A DNA stretch of 57,547 nucleotides from Pseudomonadota bacterium (lineage in GTDB: Bacteria > Bdellovibrionota_C > UBA2361 > OMII01), in NCBI GenBank assembly GCA_027485595.1, contig JAIXQT010000132.1, forward strand, positions 1-57,547, written 5' to 3'. This document shows positions 25,658-34,383 of the stretch, piece by piece. Below the pieces are notes generated by a model. The model was not told the DNA's origin. It saw only the letters and a list, made by a program, of their open reading frames with translations, and made no database searches. How positions within the stretch are numbered: the stretch's first letter is position 1; each line of letters starts with the position of its first letter. The position numbers and the translations under genes were made by a program.

Positions 25658-26806
25658 TCAGGTCATCGACGAGGAACTTGGTCGCGCAAGCTCTAACCAA
25701 AAGAGCTGCGCTATAGCTATGAGAGCGGGGCCGATGAAGACCCCGAGTAATCCAAACGAGGCCACTCCGCCGAGCACGCCGACGAACACAAGGATAGGCG
25801 AGAGCTTTGTAGTTTGGCTGATAAAGACGGGACGTAAGATGTTATCCACCGTGCTCACAACTAGTGTGCCCCAAACCGCTAATCCCACCCCGTGATACCA
25901 TGGAAGGTCGGTGGCGAAGAGAAGATATGCGGTTACCGGGGCATAGATCACCGGAGGTCCAAATGGCACGAAGGATAGTATCAGTGTTAATGCTCCGAGG
26001 AGGAGAGGGGTCGGTGCTCCCGAAACATAGTAGCCAACCCCAGCCAGTACGCCTTGAGCGACCGCGGTCGCGAGAACGCTGTATGCTGCTCCTCGGACGG
26101 TGACGTGAGCAGTATCGAGCAGCTTCGCAATTCCGTCTCCGCCAAGACGTACCAGGATATTTCGGAGTTGCGTGATGAGGACCTCTCCATGTCGATAAAG
26201 GATAAAGCACCCAACAAGGGAGGCGAAGATCGTCACTGTTGTCGTGAAGATGCCCCTAGCGGCCGAGGTTGCAAAGGAGAATATAACACTTTGGTGCTCC
26301 TCAATGAGCGCCGCGAGCGACCCTGGGTCGCTCAGAAAAGCGAGCACTCCGGCCGCTAAAAGCTCTCCAACGAAGGGGATAGAGGTAAATGCATTCGCGA
26401 TCTGTTGAGGATCCGTCTCTCGGATACTCCTCGCCAATGCTTTCACCTCAGAGGTGATGTGGATCGGGAGCGACACCACGACGAAAACAAGAATGATGCC
26501 GAGAATCAACGTGCTTATGAGCGGCGCCACGAATGGCGGGTGCGGGGCTCTATGTCGGAGACGTTCGAAGGTGGGCCACGTTGTTGTCGTTAAAACGATA
26601 GCCCAGAGTAGCGGGAGCCAGAAAGGTCGAACGATGACCCACAAAGAGACCATGAATCCGATACTAAGAGCTCCTGTCAGTATTCGCAGAGCAATTCGAT
26701 AACGTTCACGCTGGTCTGATTCATTCATGGGGAACATGTCCGGGCATTGGCTTGCGACGTGCGGCTTGTCACGTGCAGCTTGCTGTTCGTTGTGCCCCTC
26801 CTGCAA
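25658..26806 (-). CDS. AI-2E family transporter (PerM/UPF0118)
   Basis: The protein is multi-TM, with the family-typical C-terminal half (GLLGALTLILSFVPFGPPVIYAPV...ILRPVFISQTTKLSPILVFVGVLGG). The start is uncertain; later Met codons are at about 26737 and 26728. Confidence 0.85.
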   Translation of the reverse strand: MQEGHNEQQAARDKPHVASQCPDMFPMNESDQRERYRIALRILTGALSIGFMVSLWVIVRPFWLPLLWAIVLTTTTWPTFERLRHRAPHPPFVAPLISTLILGIILVFVVVSLPIHITSEVKALARSIRETDPQQIANAFTSIPFVGELLAAGVLAFLSDPGSLAALIEEHQSVIFSFATSAARGIFTTTVTIFASLVGCFILYRHGEVLITQLRNILVRLGGDGIAKLLDTAHVTVRGAAYSVLATAVAQGVLAGVGYYVSGAPTPLLLGALTLILSFVPFGPPVIYAPVTAYLLFATDLPWYHGVGLAVWGTLVVSTVDNILRPVFISQTTKLSPILVFVGVLGGVASFGLLGVFIGPALIAIAQLFWLELARPSSSSMT

Positions 26807-26814
26807 TGAACCTT

Positions 26815-26871
26815 GGGAAGCGAGGCAAAACCTACCCGAAGCGAGAAAGGGTAGGTTTTGCCTCGCTTCCC
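26815..26871. repeat. perfect 23-bp-stem hairpin/palindrome
   Basis: GGGAAGCGAGGCAAAACCTACCC gaagcgagaaa GGGTAGGTTTTGCCTCGCTTCCC. It has no flanking U-tract. It lies 9-80 nt upstream of the AI-2E gene, depending on the true start. A 17-nt arm copy is at 46668-46684. Confidence 0.85.
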
Positions 26872-27148
26872 TGGAGGTCGACGCGGAGTCTCACGTGCAA
26901 CGAGAGAGTCCAGAAGGCAGGGGCGAAGGGAGGACTCTCACTGTTGTCAGATGTTTCGTCTGCCTCGGCCAACGAGACGGCGCGTTACCCCGTCAGGGCT
27001 TCCCGAAAAAAAGTAACGCGTCAGGGCGTGCATGATTCTGTTTTTTCACTCCCCTCGCGCTCTATCTCGTTGCCCCTGCTATGAGGCTACTTTTGAGACC
27101 CGCTCCCCCAAGAACTCGCCGTCAGGCATACCGAAAATGTCCTCGACC

Positions 27149-27412
27149 TTATGGTCGGCTGGTCGAAGTTGTTGGTGATAGGTATCGGTACCCAACCAGC
27201 AACAAAACAGCCCCAATGACAGACATAATGAGACCAGCAGCCTCTCCCTCGCCATAGAACCCAAGCACCCTTCCTATCACGGAACCGATAAGCGCCCCGG
27301 CGATACCGAGTATAGTGGTAATGATGAAACCGGCAGGATCACGCCCAGGAATGACCGCACGAGCGATAAGTCCGACCACGAATCCGATGATAATTGTCCA
27401 GAGAATAGTCAT
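27149..27412 (-). CDS. GlsB/YeaQ/YmgE family stress-response membrane protein
   Basis: MTILWTIIIGFVVGLIARAVIPGRDPAGFIITTILGIAGALIGSVIG is the family signature. The ORF frame is open to 27436. Confidence 0.85.
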   Translation of the reverse strand: MTILWTIIIGFVVGLIARAVIPGRDPAGFIITTILGIAGALIGSVIGRVLGFYGEGEAAGLIMSVIGAVLLLVGYRYLSPTTSTSRP

Positions 27413-27455
27413 ACGCTGCCTCCTCGCAAGACACACCTTGCTACTGGGGCTATTC

Positions 27456-27707
27456 TCACCCCATCGGGGTACAGCTCACCATGGCGGGGCTCATCATGCG
27501 CAAGGATAGCTCGGTCTTTACTCGGGCGAGTGCAAAGCCCATCGCTGGCACCGCCATCACCCAGGGGCCGGAGGCCCCATACAGCGACTCACTGGAAAGG
27601 ACACGACTCGCGATATCGAGTGCGACCGATCCAGTGAGGAACGCTCCTGGGAACGGAATGACCATACGGTGTATGGTGCGATTCCCAAGAGCGTTGCCGC
27701 TTTTCAT
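27456..27707 (-). CDS. hypothetical small protein (weak DUF2231-like N-terminal pattern)
   Basis: 83-aa ORF whose ATG directly follows the stop of the upstream basic-protein ORF. The segment HRMVIPFPGAFLTGSVALDI resembles the DUF2231 motif. A competing plus-strand ORF (27481..27858) looks less protein-like. Confidence 0.35.
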   Translation of the reverse strand: MKSGNALGNRTIHRMVIPFPGAFLTGSVALDIASRVLSSESLYGASGPWVMAVPAMGFALARVKTELSLRMMSPAMVSCTPMG

Positions 27708-27709
27708 AG

Positions 27710-28021
27710 TTACCTACGCGCCCGAGCTGCTCGTGATGGAGCGGCACGTTTGCTCGCAGGTTTTCGAGGAGCAGAACGGGAGCTCGTTACCGATCCTAAC
27801 GCACCTGTTACCTTACGCGGCGAGGATGCCTTCCGGGTGGCTAATGTGCCTCGTGTAGGGTTGCCAGGTCGCTTAGTGCCACCGGCCTTCTCGATTATCG
27901 TGTCCCGCGATCGGTTTGAGGCTCCCTTGCGAGCAACGGATCTTACCTTTGAGCTCTCTTTGGGGCTTTGAGCGTCTCGCTTCTGTTTCGGTGTCAGTTT
28001 AGATGTCTTGAGTGTTGGCAT
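27710..28021 (-). CDS. highly basic Lys/Arg/Ser/Pro-rich protein (histone H1-like low-complexity)
   Basis: 103 aa: MPTLKTSKLTPKQKRDAQSPKESSKVRSVARKG...APRKPASKRAAPSRAARARR. It is the first gene of a three-gene minus-strand set. Confidence 0.5.
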   Translation of the reverse strand: MPTLKTSKLTPKQKRDAQSPKESSKVRSVARKGASNRSRDTIIEKAGGTKRPGNPTRGTLATRKASSPRKVTGALGSVTSSRSAPRKPASKRAAPSRAARARR

Positions 28022-28162
28022 AGTGCCCTCCTTAGTCGGTACGGGCCTTACCTCACCACTCTTGTCATAAATACGAAGTGATCGAGGTCATCGTGCGGCA
28101 GGGGCTCGCGTGTCGACTTTTCAGAGCGGCGCAGTATGCACACACACTTTCTGAAGGGGCAG

Positions 28163-28272
28163 TAGCAGGGTGGTGAGAAATGGTTCCGTCTTGAGCATTT
28201 TGAGGGTTTCGGCGAAACGAGGCGGAGACCATCGAAAGGCGCAACAGGAAATCATTTTTCACCACCCTGCTA
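28163..28272. mobile_element. MITE-like element, copy F (110-bp short form, inverted relative to copy A)
   Basis: TA|GCAGGGTGGTGAGAAATGGTTCC...GGAAATCATTTTTCACCACCCTGC|TA. It equals copy A minus an internal segment of about 76 bp. The terminal CTA is the czcA stop codon on the minus strand. Confidence 0.75.
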
Positions 28273-31200
28273 GCGCAACTCTCCCGACGTGGGCAATCGA
28301 CCCCTACGAGCCAACGACGCCATAACCACCGGAAGAACCAGAAGGGTCAGCGCAGTCGCCGAGATGATTCCTCCGATAACCACCGTTGCGAGGGGGCGTT
28401 GCACCTCGCTCCCAGTGCCATGAGAGATCGCCATAGGAACAAAGCCGAGCGAGGCGACGAGCGCAGTCATGAGTACCGGTCGTAATCGTGTAACAGCCCC
28501 CTCGGTGATCGCTTTGAGAGGTGACTCCCCCTGCATCAGGAGCTGCCGAGTAAAGGAAACAAGAACTAATCCGTTGAGCACAGCGACACCTGAGAGCGCG
28601 ATGAACCCAACTGCGGCTGAAATGGAGAACGGAATGCCTCGAGCCCATAAGGCTATGGCGCCACCCGAGAGCGCGAAAGGGATACCAGAGAATACGAGGA
28701 GGGAGTACGTGAGAGATCGAAAGGTGATGACGATAAGTCCAAAGACGCTCACTAAAACGATCGGTACTACTATGAGGAGTCGATGTTTAGCGTTGATCAG
28801 GTTCTCATATTGGCCACCCCACCCGAGCCAGTACCCAGGGGGAAGTTGAATTGAGGTCGCGATTTTAGCCTGCGCCTCCTCGACAAAGGAGCCGAGGTCT
28901 CGATTGCGCACGTTGGCAGTGATAACGATCCGTCGCTTGCCGTTCTCGCGACTGATCTGATTGGGGCCCTGGGTAACGGTGATATCAGCCACTGTTCCAA
29001 GGGGAATAAATGACATCGTTGGCCCCTCAGGCTTGAGCTCAGTTCGAGCGTACTCCATCGAGTGGTAGTGTGGTGCGATATCTGTAGGGATCGGAATAGG
29101 GAGGCTTGAGAGCGCGAGGATGTCGTTTCGCACATTCTCTCCGAGCCGCACCACAATCGGAAAGTTCCGATCGCCCTGGTAGAATCTACTTACCTCTCGC
29201 CCCGCGTATGCGGTTTCCACCACCTCTTGTACATCTTGGCTACTCAAGCCGAGGCGGGCAAGCTTCTCCCGATGTGGCTTCACCTCGACAAGTGGGAGCC
29301 CGGTCACTTGCTCTACCTTCACATCGGAGCTTCCTGGAATCGACGAAAGGATGCTCTCAACTTTCTCTCCGTTGGCGAGGAGCACATCGGTATCATCCCC
29401 GAAAAGCTTAACGGCGACGTCACTACGAACTCCCGCGAGCAGTTCGTTAAACCGCATCTGAATCGGCTGTGTAAACTCATAATTATTGCCGGGAACCTGA
29501 AGCGCGATCTTTTCGAACCTTTCAACGATATCTTGTTTGCTCAAAGAGGGATTCGGCCATTCTGAGCGTGGCTTTAAAACTATATAGCCGTCAGCCACAC
29601 TGGGGGGCATCGGATCGGTGGCTATCTCTGCTGTTCCGATCTTAGCGAATACGTGGTGTACCTCCGGCTCTTTTCGTAGCGCGTCTTCAAGCTGGTACTG
29701 CATCTGAATAGATTGAGTGAGAGATGTTCCGGGAATGCGAAGAGCATGCATCGTGATATCCCCCTCATCGAGTGAGGGAATAAACTCTGAGCCGAGGCGA
29801 AGGAAGACACCGAGCGAGAGAAGAAGGACCGCCGCTGCGCTTACGAACACCGCACGCGGAATCTCAACGAGTCGAGCCAGAAGGGAACGATACCAATTTT
29901 GAATGCGTTCGGTGCGGGATTCGTGCACCGAGGTAGCGTCTCCTCTCACAAATATGGCAACGGCGGCCGGCACAAAAGTAAGTGAGAGGATGAACGCTCC
30001 AACGAGCGCCAGGAGGACTGTGAGCGCCATGGGATGGTACATCTTTCCCTCAATGCCACTGAGGGCCAGAATCGGAACGTACACAACCATAATGATCAGC
30101 TCGCCGAACATCGTCGCTTGGCGCACCTCTGAGGATGCCTTGAATACGACATCCAGACGCTCCTCAGTGGAGAGCGCTCTTTGAAGGCCGCGGCGAGCCT
30201 CCCCGAGCCTCTTAATGCAATTTTCAACGAGGATGACGGCTCCGTCGACGATAAGTCCAAAGTCCAGGGCTCCCAAACTCATGAGATTTGCGCTCAACTT
30301 GCTCTGCACCATGCCGGTAATCGTAAAGAGCATCGTCAGGGGAATAACGAGAGCGGTGACGAGCGCCGCCCGGATGTTTCCGAGCGCGAAGAAGAGGACC
30401 GCTACGACAAGGATCGCTCCCTCGGTGAGGTTTCGCTCAACTGTGGCGATGGTTGCTTGCACAAGATCAGCGCGATTATACACGGTACGCAGCCGAATCC
30501 CCTGAGGAAGGGATCTCTGAACCTCCTCGATCTTTGCGGTTACCTTCTGAGATACCGCCAGGCCGTTCTCACCGATGAGCATGAATACCGTTCCAAGGAC
30601 CACCTCCCGACCGTCTTGGGTCGCGGCGCCTGCTCGAAGCTCAGAGCCCTCAGTGACCATAGCTACCTGTCCGATTCGGACCGGGGTGCCCTCGTGAACA
30701 CTCACGACAAGCTCATCGAGCTCGTGTATGTGGTGCACCTGAGCGGGAACGCGCACGAGAAACTGCTCGCCATTCTTCTCGAAAAATCCAGCGCCAACAT
30801 TCGCGTTGTTCCGTGCTAGGGCAATCTGTATGTCATTCAGCGTCAGCCCATAGGCGCGAAGTTTCTCCAGATCCGGCGTGACAACGATCTGCTTTGACTC
30901 CCCGCCGATCGCGTTCACCTCGACGACCCCGGGGATAGTCATGAGTTGAGGTCGAACGACCCAATCCTGAATCTCCCGCAGCTCTTGAAGATTATGATGG
31001 ACAGGGGCGTTGGGCTCCTCCTCGACGACAAACATGTAGATCTCGCCGAGGCCGGTCGCGATCGGACCCATGGTCGGACTGATTCCGGCGGGCAATCGAT
31101 CCTTGGACTCTTGTAGTCGCTGCGCGATGAGCTGACGGGCGAAGTAAATGTCGGTGCCATCCTTGAAAACTACCGTGACCTGCGAGAGCCCATATCGAGA

Positions 31201-31455
31201 GAGTGACCGCGTGTATTCCAGTGCTGGTAAGCCAGCGAGAAGGAGCTCGATAGGATTGGTGACCTGCCGCTCAACTTCAAATGGGGAGTACCCACTTGCC
31301 GCTGTGTTGATTTGCACCTGAACATTCGTGATATCTGGTACCGCGTCGATAACCAGGTGTCTGGCAGACGCTAGTCCAAGGATCGCGATAGCGAGTGTTG
31401 CGCCAAGGACCCAGAAGCGGTGCTTGATAGAGGTCTTCAGGATAAAATTGAACAT
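28270..31455 (-). CDS. czcA: heavy-metal efflux RND transporter, CzcA/CusA family
   Basis: 1061 aa with 12-TM RND topology. The TM4 motif ALDFGLIVDGAVILVENC is typical of HME-RND pumps. It is the last gene of a CBA operon. Confidence 0.93.
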   Translation of the reverse strand: MFNFILKTSIKHRFWVLGATLAIAILGLASARHLVIDAVPDITNVQVQINTAASGYSPFEVERQVTNPIELLLAGLPALEYTRSLSRYGLSQVTVVFKDGTDIYFARQLIAQRLQESKDRLPAGISPTMGPIATGLGEIYMFVVEEEPNAPVHHNLQELREIQDWVVRPQLMTIPGVVEVNAIGGESKQIVVTPDLEKLRAYGLTLNDIQIALARNNANVGAGFFEKNGEQFLVRVPAQVHHIHELDELVVSVHEGTPVRIGQVAMVTEGSELRAGAATQDGREVVLGTVFMLIGENGLAVSQKVTAKIEEVQRSLPQGIRLRTVYNRADLVQATIATVERNLTEGAILVVAVLFFALGNIRAALVTALVIPLTMLFTITGMVQSKLSANLMSLGALDFGLIVDGAVILVENCIKRLGEARRGLQRALSTEERLDVVFKASSEVRQATMFGELIIMVVYVPILALSGIEGKMYHPMALTVLLALVGAFILSLTFVPAAVAIFVRGDATSVHESRTERIQNWYRSLLARLVEIPRAVFVSAAAVLLLSLGVFLRLGSEFIPSLDEGDITMHALRIPGTSLTQSIQMQYQLEDALRKEPEVHHVFAKIGTAEIATDPMPPSVADGYIVLKPRSEWPNPSLSKQDIVERFEKIALQVPGNNYEFTQPIQMRFNELLAGVRSDVAVKLFGDDTDVLLANGEKVESILSSIPGSSDVKVEQVTGLPLVEVKPHREKLARLGLSSQDVQEVVETAYAGREVSRFYQGDRNFPIVVRLGENVRNDILALSSLPIPIPTDIAPHYHSMEYARTELKPEGPTMSFIPLGTVADITVTQGPNQISRENGKRRIVITANVRNRDLGSFVEEAQAKIATSIQLPPGYWLGWGGQYENLINAKHRLLIVVPIVLVSVFGLIVITFRSLTYSLLVFSGIPFALSGGAIALWARGIPFSISAAVGFIALSGVAVLNGLVLVSFTRQLLMQGESPLKAITEGAVTRLRPVLMTALVASLGFVPMAISHGTGSEVQRPLATVVIGGIISATALTLLVLPVVMASLARRGRLPTSGELR

Positions 31456-31464
31456 CGCACGCTC

Positions 31465-32712
31465 CTAGTGGTCGTGGGTGGCACCATGCTTGAGGATGTC
31501 AGCCTTGATAGTAAACGAGTTCTTGGTGACATACTCGGTGCCAGCGGTGAGGCCTGACGTAACCTCGGTCCATTCTCCATTTGAGATGCCGAGTTCAAGC
31601 GGGCGAGCCTCATAGATCTCCCCATACTTCGCGAAGACTACATTCCAGCGGCCGAGCGTCTGCAGTCCTGACGGGCGTATCGAAACAGGAACCTCCCTCT
31701 GTCCCACAACGAGGTCTCCGGTGACAAACATCCCCGGAACAAGGAGTTTTTTTTCGTTCGGGAGGACGACCCGCACTAACTGGGCCTGCGCCTTCTCATC
31801 GGCGTACGGCGCGACATAATCGACGGTACCCTTGAAGGTCTCTTCACCCGACGCTCCCTTGACGAGCACCTCCTGCCCTACCTTCACCGAAGATCGCTCC
31901 TCGAGCGGGATGAAGAAGTCCGCCCATACCTCGGAGAGATCCGCTACGATATAGACCCACTGATTCTCAGGGACAAACTCCCCGACGATCAGATGCCCGT
32001 TGATAACAGAGCCCGCTATCTGTGAGCGTACCTCGAACGGCTGCAAGCTTTGATTACTCTCAATGACCGCCAAAACCTCTCCCTTGGCGACGGGATCTCC
32101 TATGTGCTTGCGGCCCTCTTTAACGATACCGGCGAATCGGGGAATAACGTGCGCAATGCGGTGTTCGCTTGGCGTAATCTTTCCACGCATGCGAATAGTT
32201 TGTTGAATAACCTGAGCCTTTGCAGCCTCAGTTTCAATTCCAGACTCACGGGCGACCTCCGGAGAGAGCGTCGTGCGGCCCTCATACGATGGATACATCC
32301 AGCGCGCCTCCTTGTTGTTGTAGGTTGCTTCTACGGTGACATCGAACGAGTGTGGCTCCGAAATCTCTTGAACGCTGAGGAGAAGGTCACCTTTGGGCAC
32401 GAACGTAATCTCGTTCTCCAATCCACCCAAACGCCTCAATGTGACGCGAAGGGAGACGGCGTCAGGTGACACCGGTTTGCCGTTGTCGGAGAGGTAGGCG
32501 CGAAAGCGGGGAGGTCCTCCCGCCTCGTGAATGCCGAGCTCGAGTTCGATGTCACCCTCTTTAAGCAGCATGCCGCCATGCGGGCCATGCTCCTCTTGGA
32601 TGTGGTCATGGTGATGCGCTTCCTCACCCCCCTGACGATTGCATCCAGGCGTTGAGAGTCCGATTACGGATGCCAAAAGCACCGGAATGAGACGTGGTAG
32701 GCTACTTCCCAT
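31465..32712 (-). CDS. czcB: efflux RND periplasmic adaptor subunit (CzcB-like) with His-rich termini
   Basis: It has a lipoprotein-like N-terminus (SVIGLSTPGC), an HHHDHIQEEHGPHGG stretch, a membrane-fusion-protein barrel/hairpin region, and a C-terminal KHGATHDH. Confidence 0.85.
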   Translation of the reverse strand: MGSSLPRLIPVLLASVIGLSTPGCNRQGGEEAHHHDHIQEEHGPHGGMLLKEGDIELELGIHEAGGPPRFRAYLSDNGKPVSPDAVSLRVTLRRLGGLENEITFVPKGDLLLSVQEISEPHSFDVTVEATYNNKEARWMYPSYEGRTTLSPEVARESGIETEAAKAQVIQQTIRMRGKITPSEHRIAHVIPRFAGIVKEGRKHIGDPVAKGEVLAVIESNQSLQPFEVRSQIAGSVINGHLIVGEFVPENQWVYIVADLSEVWADFFIPLEERSSVKVGQEVLVKGASGEETFKGTVDYVAPYADEKAQAQLVRVVLPNEKKLLVPGMFVTGDLVVGQREVPVSIRPSGLQTLGRWNVVFAKYGEIYEARPLELGISNGEWTEVTSGLTAGTEYVTKNSFTIKADILKHGATHDH

Positions 32713-34020
32713 TTAAACCTCCTCACCGACGAGAATAGAAAGACGAGCGCGGATAGTCGCCGCATGTTGTCGTAAACTAAGACCTGTGAGCTGAGCTTCA
32801 TTGAGCGCGCGAAAGGTCTGCCACACATCGAGAACGCCCCCCCTTCCACTCGTATACGCGCGCTCCTCCGCGTTGAGAGCGGTCTTGAACGCGGCCTCAA
32901 CGTGCGATGTGTATATCTCCACCTGGCGCTCAGAGCTCACCGCGGCGGCGTGTGTGGAGGTGATTTGAAGCTCAAGACCACCTCTGTTGATCAGATCTGA
33001 CGTGCGGTCGGCGACCACACGCTCAGCGGCGGCACGAGTTCTTTCAGCTTGGTTTCTGTTCCAGAGCGGCAGCGGAATCGTGATGCCGGCTCCAACGAAA
33101 TCACCTCCATCGTTGGTATGCTGATACACAACGCGAGGGGCCACAGCCGGAAATGCGTCGAGCTCGGCGAGACGCAGTTGTTCCGTCGCCAACGCTTGAG
33201 TGATGTCGATTCGCGCCTTCTCACTGATGCTGCTAGCGCGCGCCTTGTCGAGGAGGGATGCCGCCGCTGGTATCTTGGAGAATTGAGGGGCTCGACTGGC
33301 GACGACGGAGCATGGTGTGCCGAGAGACATCGCGAGCTCAGCCCGTAACGCTGCAAGTGATGCCTCGGCTCCGGTACGCTGCGCCTCTAATCGGTACTTC
33401 TCTCCCTCAAAGAGCGACTCTGATCCCTGCGAGAGAAGACCCTCTTTGACGTGTTGCTTCACGGTCGCGACCTTTCGTGCGGCGTCATTCTCAGCGAGTT
33501 TCAGGATGCGCGCTGTTTCCTGAAGAGCGAAGAGTCGGACGAAGTTGATGGTGGTCTCCTGTGCGAACTGAAGGAGCTTGATGTTCTTTTCTGTTTCTCC
33601 CGCCTTCCGCAGGAGCTCTGCTACCTTATCTCGCTTGCCGAAGTTCGAGAGCTTCACCGGCTGACTGAGGGTAACCGAACTTTGAGGGTCGTTCGCTCCA
33701 CCTACATACATCCGGGTCCACGTCTCCTCGGCTGAAAGCTCAGGATTCGCCCACAGTTCGGTATCAATCGCTTTGGCTAGTTGCGTCGCGTACTCTCGAT
33801 CAATATCCGCAACAAGCGGGCTGTTCGCGAGCGCATGCGCGCGAAACTCCTCAAGCGTGGTCTTCAGTTCACAGTGAGCCGAGTGCCCGAGGGCTGGGCT
33901 GGCCGAGGCATCCCGAGGCGACAGGGAGAGCGCGGGGAGGGGATGGAAGAAGAGAGCCCCGAAGAAGAGAGCGCCGAAGAGGTGAGCAAAGAAGGGAGTG
34001 AAAGCGCGGGGGGTTCTCAT
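32713..34020 (-). CDS. czcC: TolC-family outer membrane efflux protein (CzcC-like)
   Basis: It has two OEP-type repeat halves and abuts the czcB start. The ORF is open to 34101, but Met28 (34020) precedes the signal-like segment FFAHLFGALFFGALFF. Confidence 0.8.
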   Translation of the reverse strand: MRTPRAFTPFFAHLFGALFFGALFFHPLPALSLSPRDASASPALGHSAHCELKTTLEEFRAHALANSPLVADIDREYATQLAKAIDTELWANPELSAEETWTRMYVGGANDPQSSVTLSQPVKLSNFGKRDKVAELLRKAGETEKNIKLLQFAQETTINFVRLFALQETARILKLAENDAARKVATVKQHVKEGLLSQGSESLFEGEKYRLEAQRTGAEASLAALRAELAMSLGTPCSVVASRAPQFSKIPAAASLLDKARASSISEKARIDITQALATEQLRLAELDAFPAVAPRVVYQHTNDGGDFVGAGITIPLPLWNRNQAERTRAAAERVVADRTSDLINRGGLELQITSTHAAAVSSERQVEIYTSHVEAAFKTALNAEERAYTSGRGGVLDVWQTFRALNEAQLTGLSLRQHAATIRARLSILVGEEV

Positions 34021-34383
34021 GAGATCTCTGATTCTACCTGACCGTGGCCCGTGTGAAGCGTGGTATGTGGCAAACGACCAATTCGCTCGAGAGCATAGCA
34101 ATAGCCGCTCATTTCGGCGAGTATTAGTGATAAAATGTTGAGCCTCTGGTGTACTCCCAGGCGACGCCGGAAGTGCATAAAAGTGTTATGTTTTCCAGCT
34201 TGTCTTGGTCGCTCCACGAAGAGGGGGCTCTGTGAAGAGTGCGGGGTGTCCTCGATCCGTCTTTGCGAACGTCTGTAAAACAATTGTAAAAGTTCCACAT
34301 GTTCCGTAGTCAGGGATGCCGCGTTGACGTAAGAAGGTACTGGCAAGCAAAGTTCGTAGATTCCCCGGCAGGTTGAAAGGTTT

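Noticed and set aside
8057-28272. The repeats might be integron attC sites or a CRISPR array, because they sit right after stop codons.
   Set aside because: They lack the attC core sites (RYYYAAC / GTTRRRY) and no integrase gene is present. The copies are kilobases apart, in both orientations, and have no regular spacer structure.
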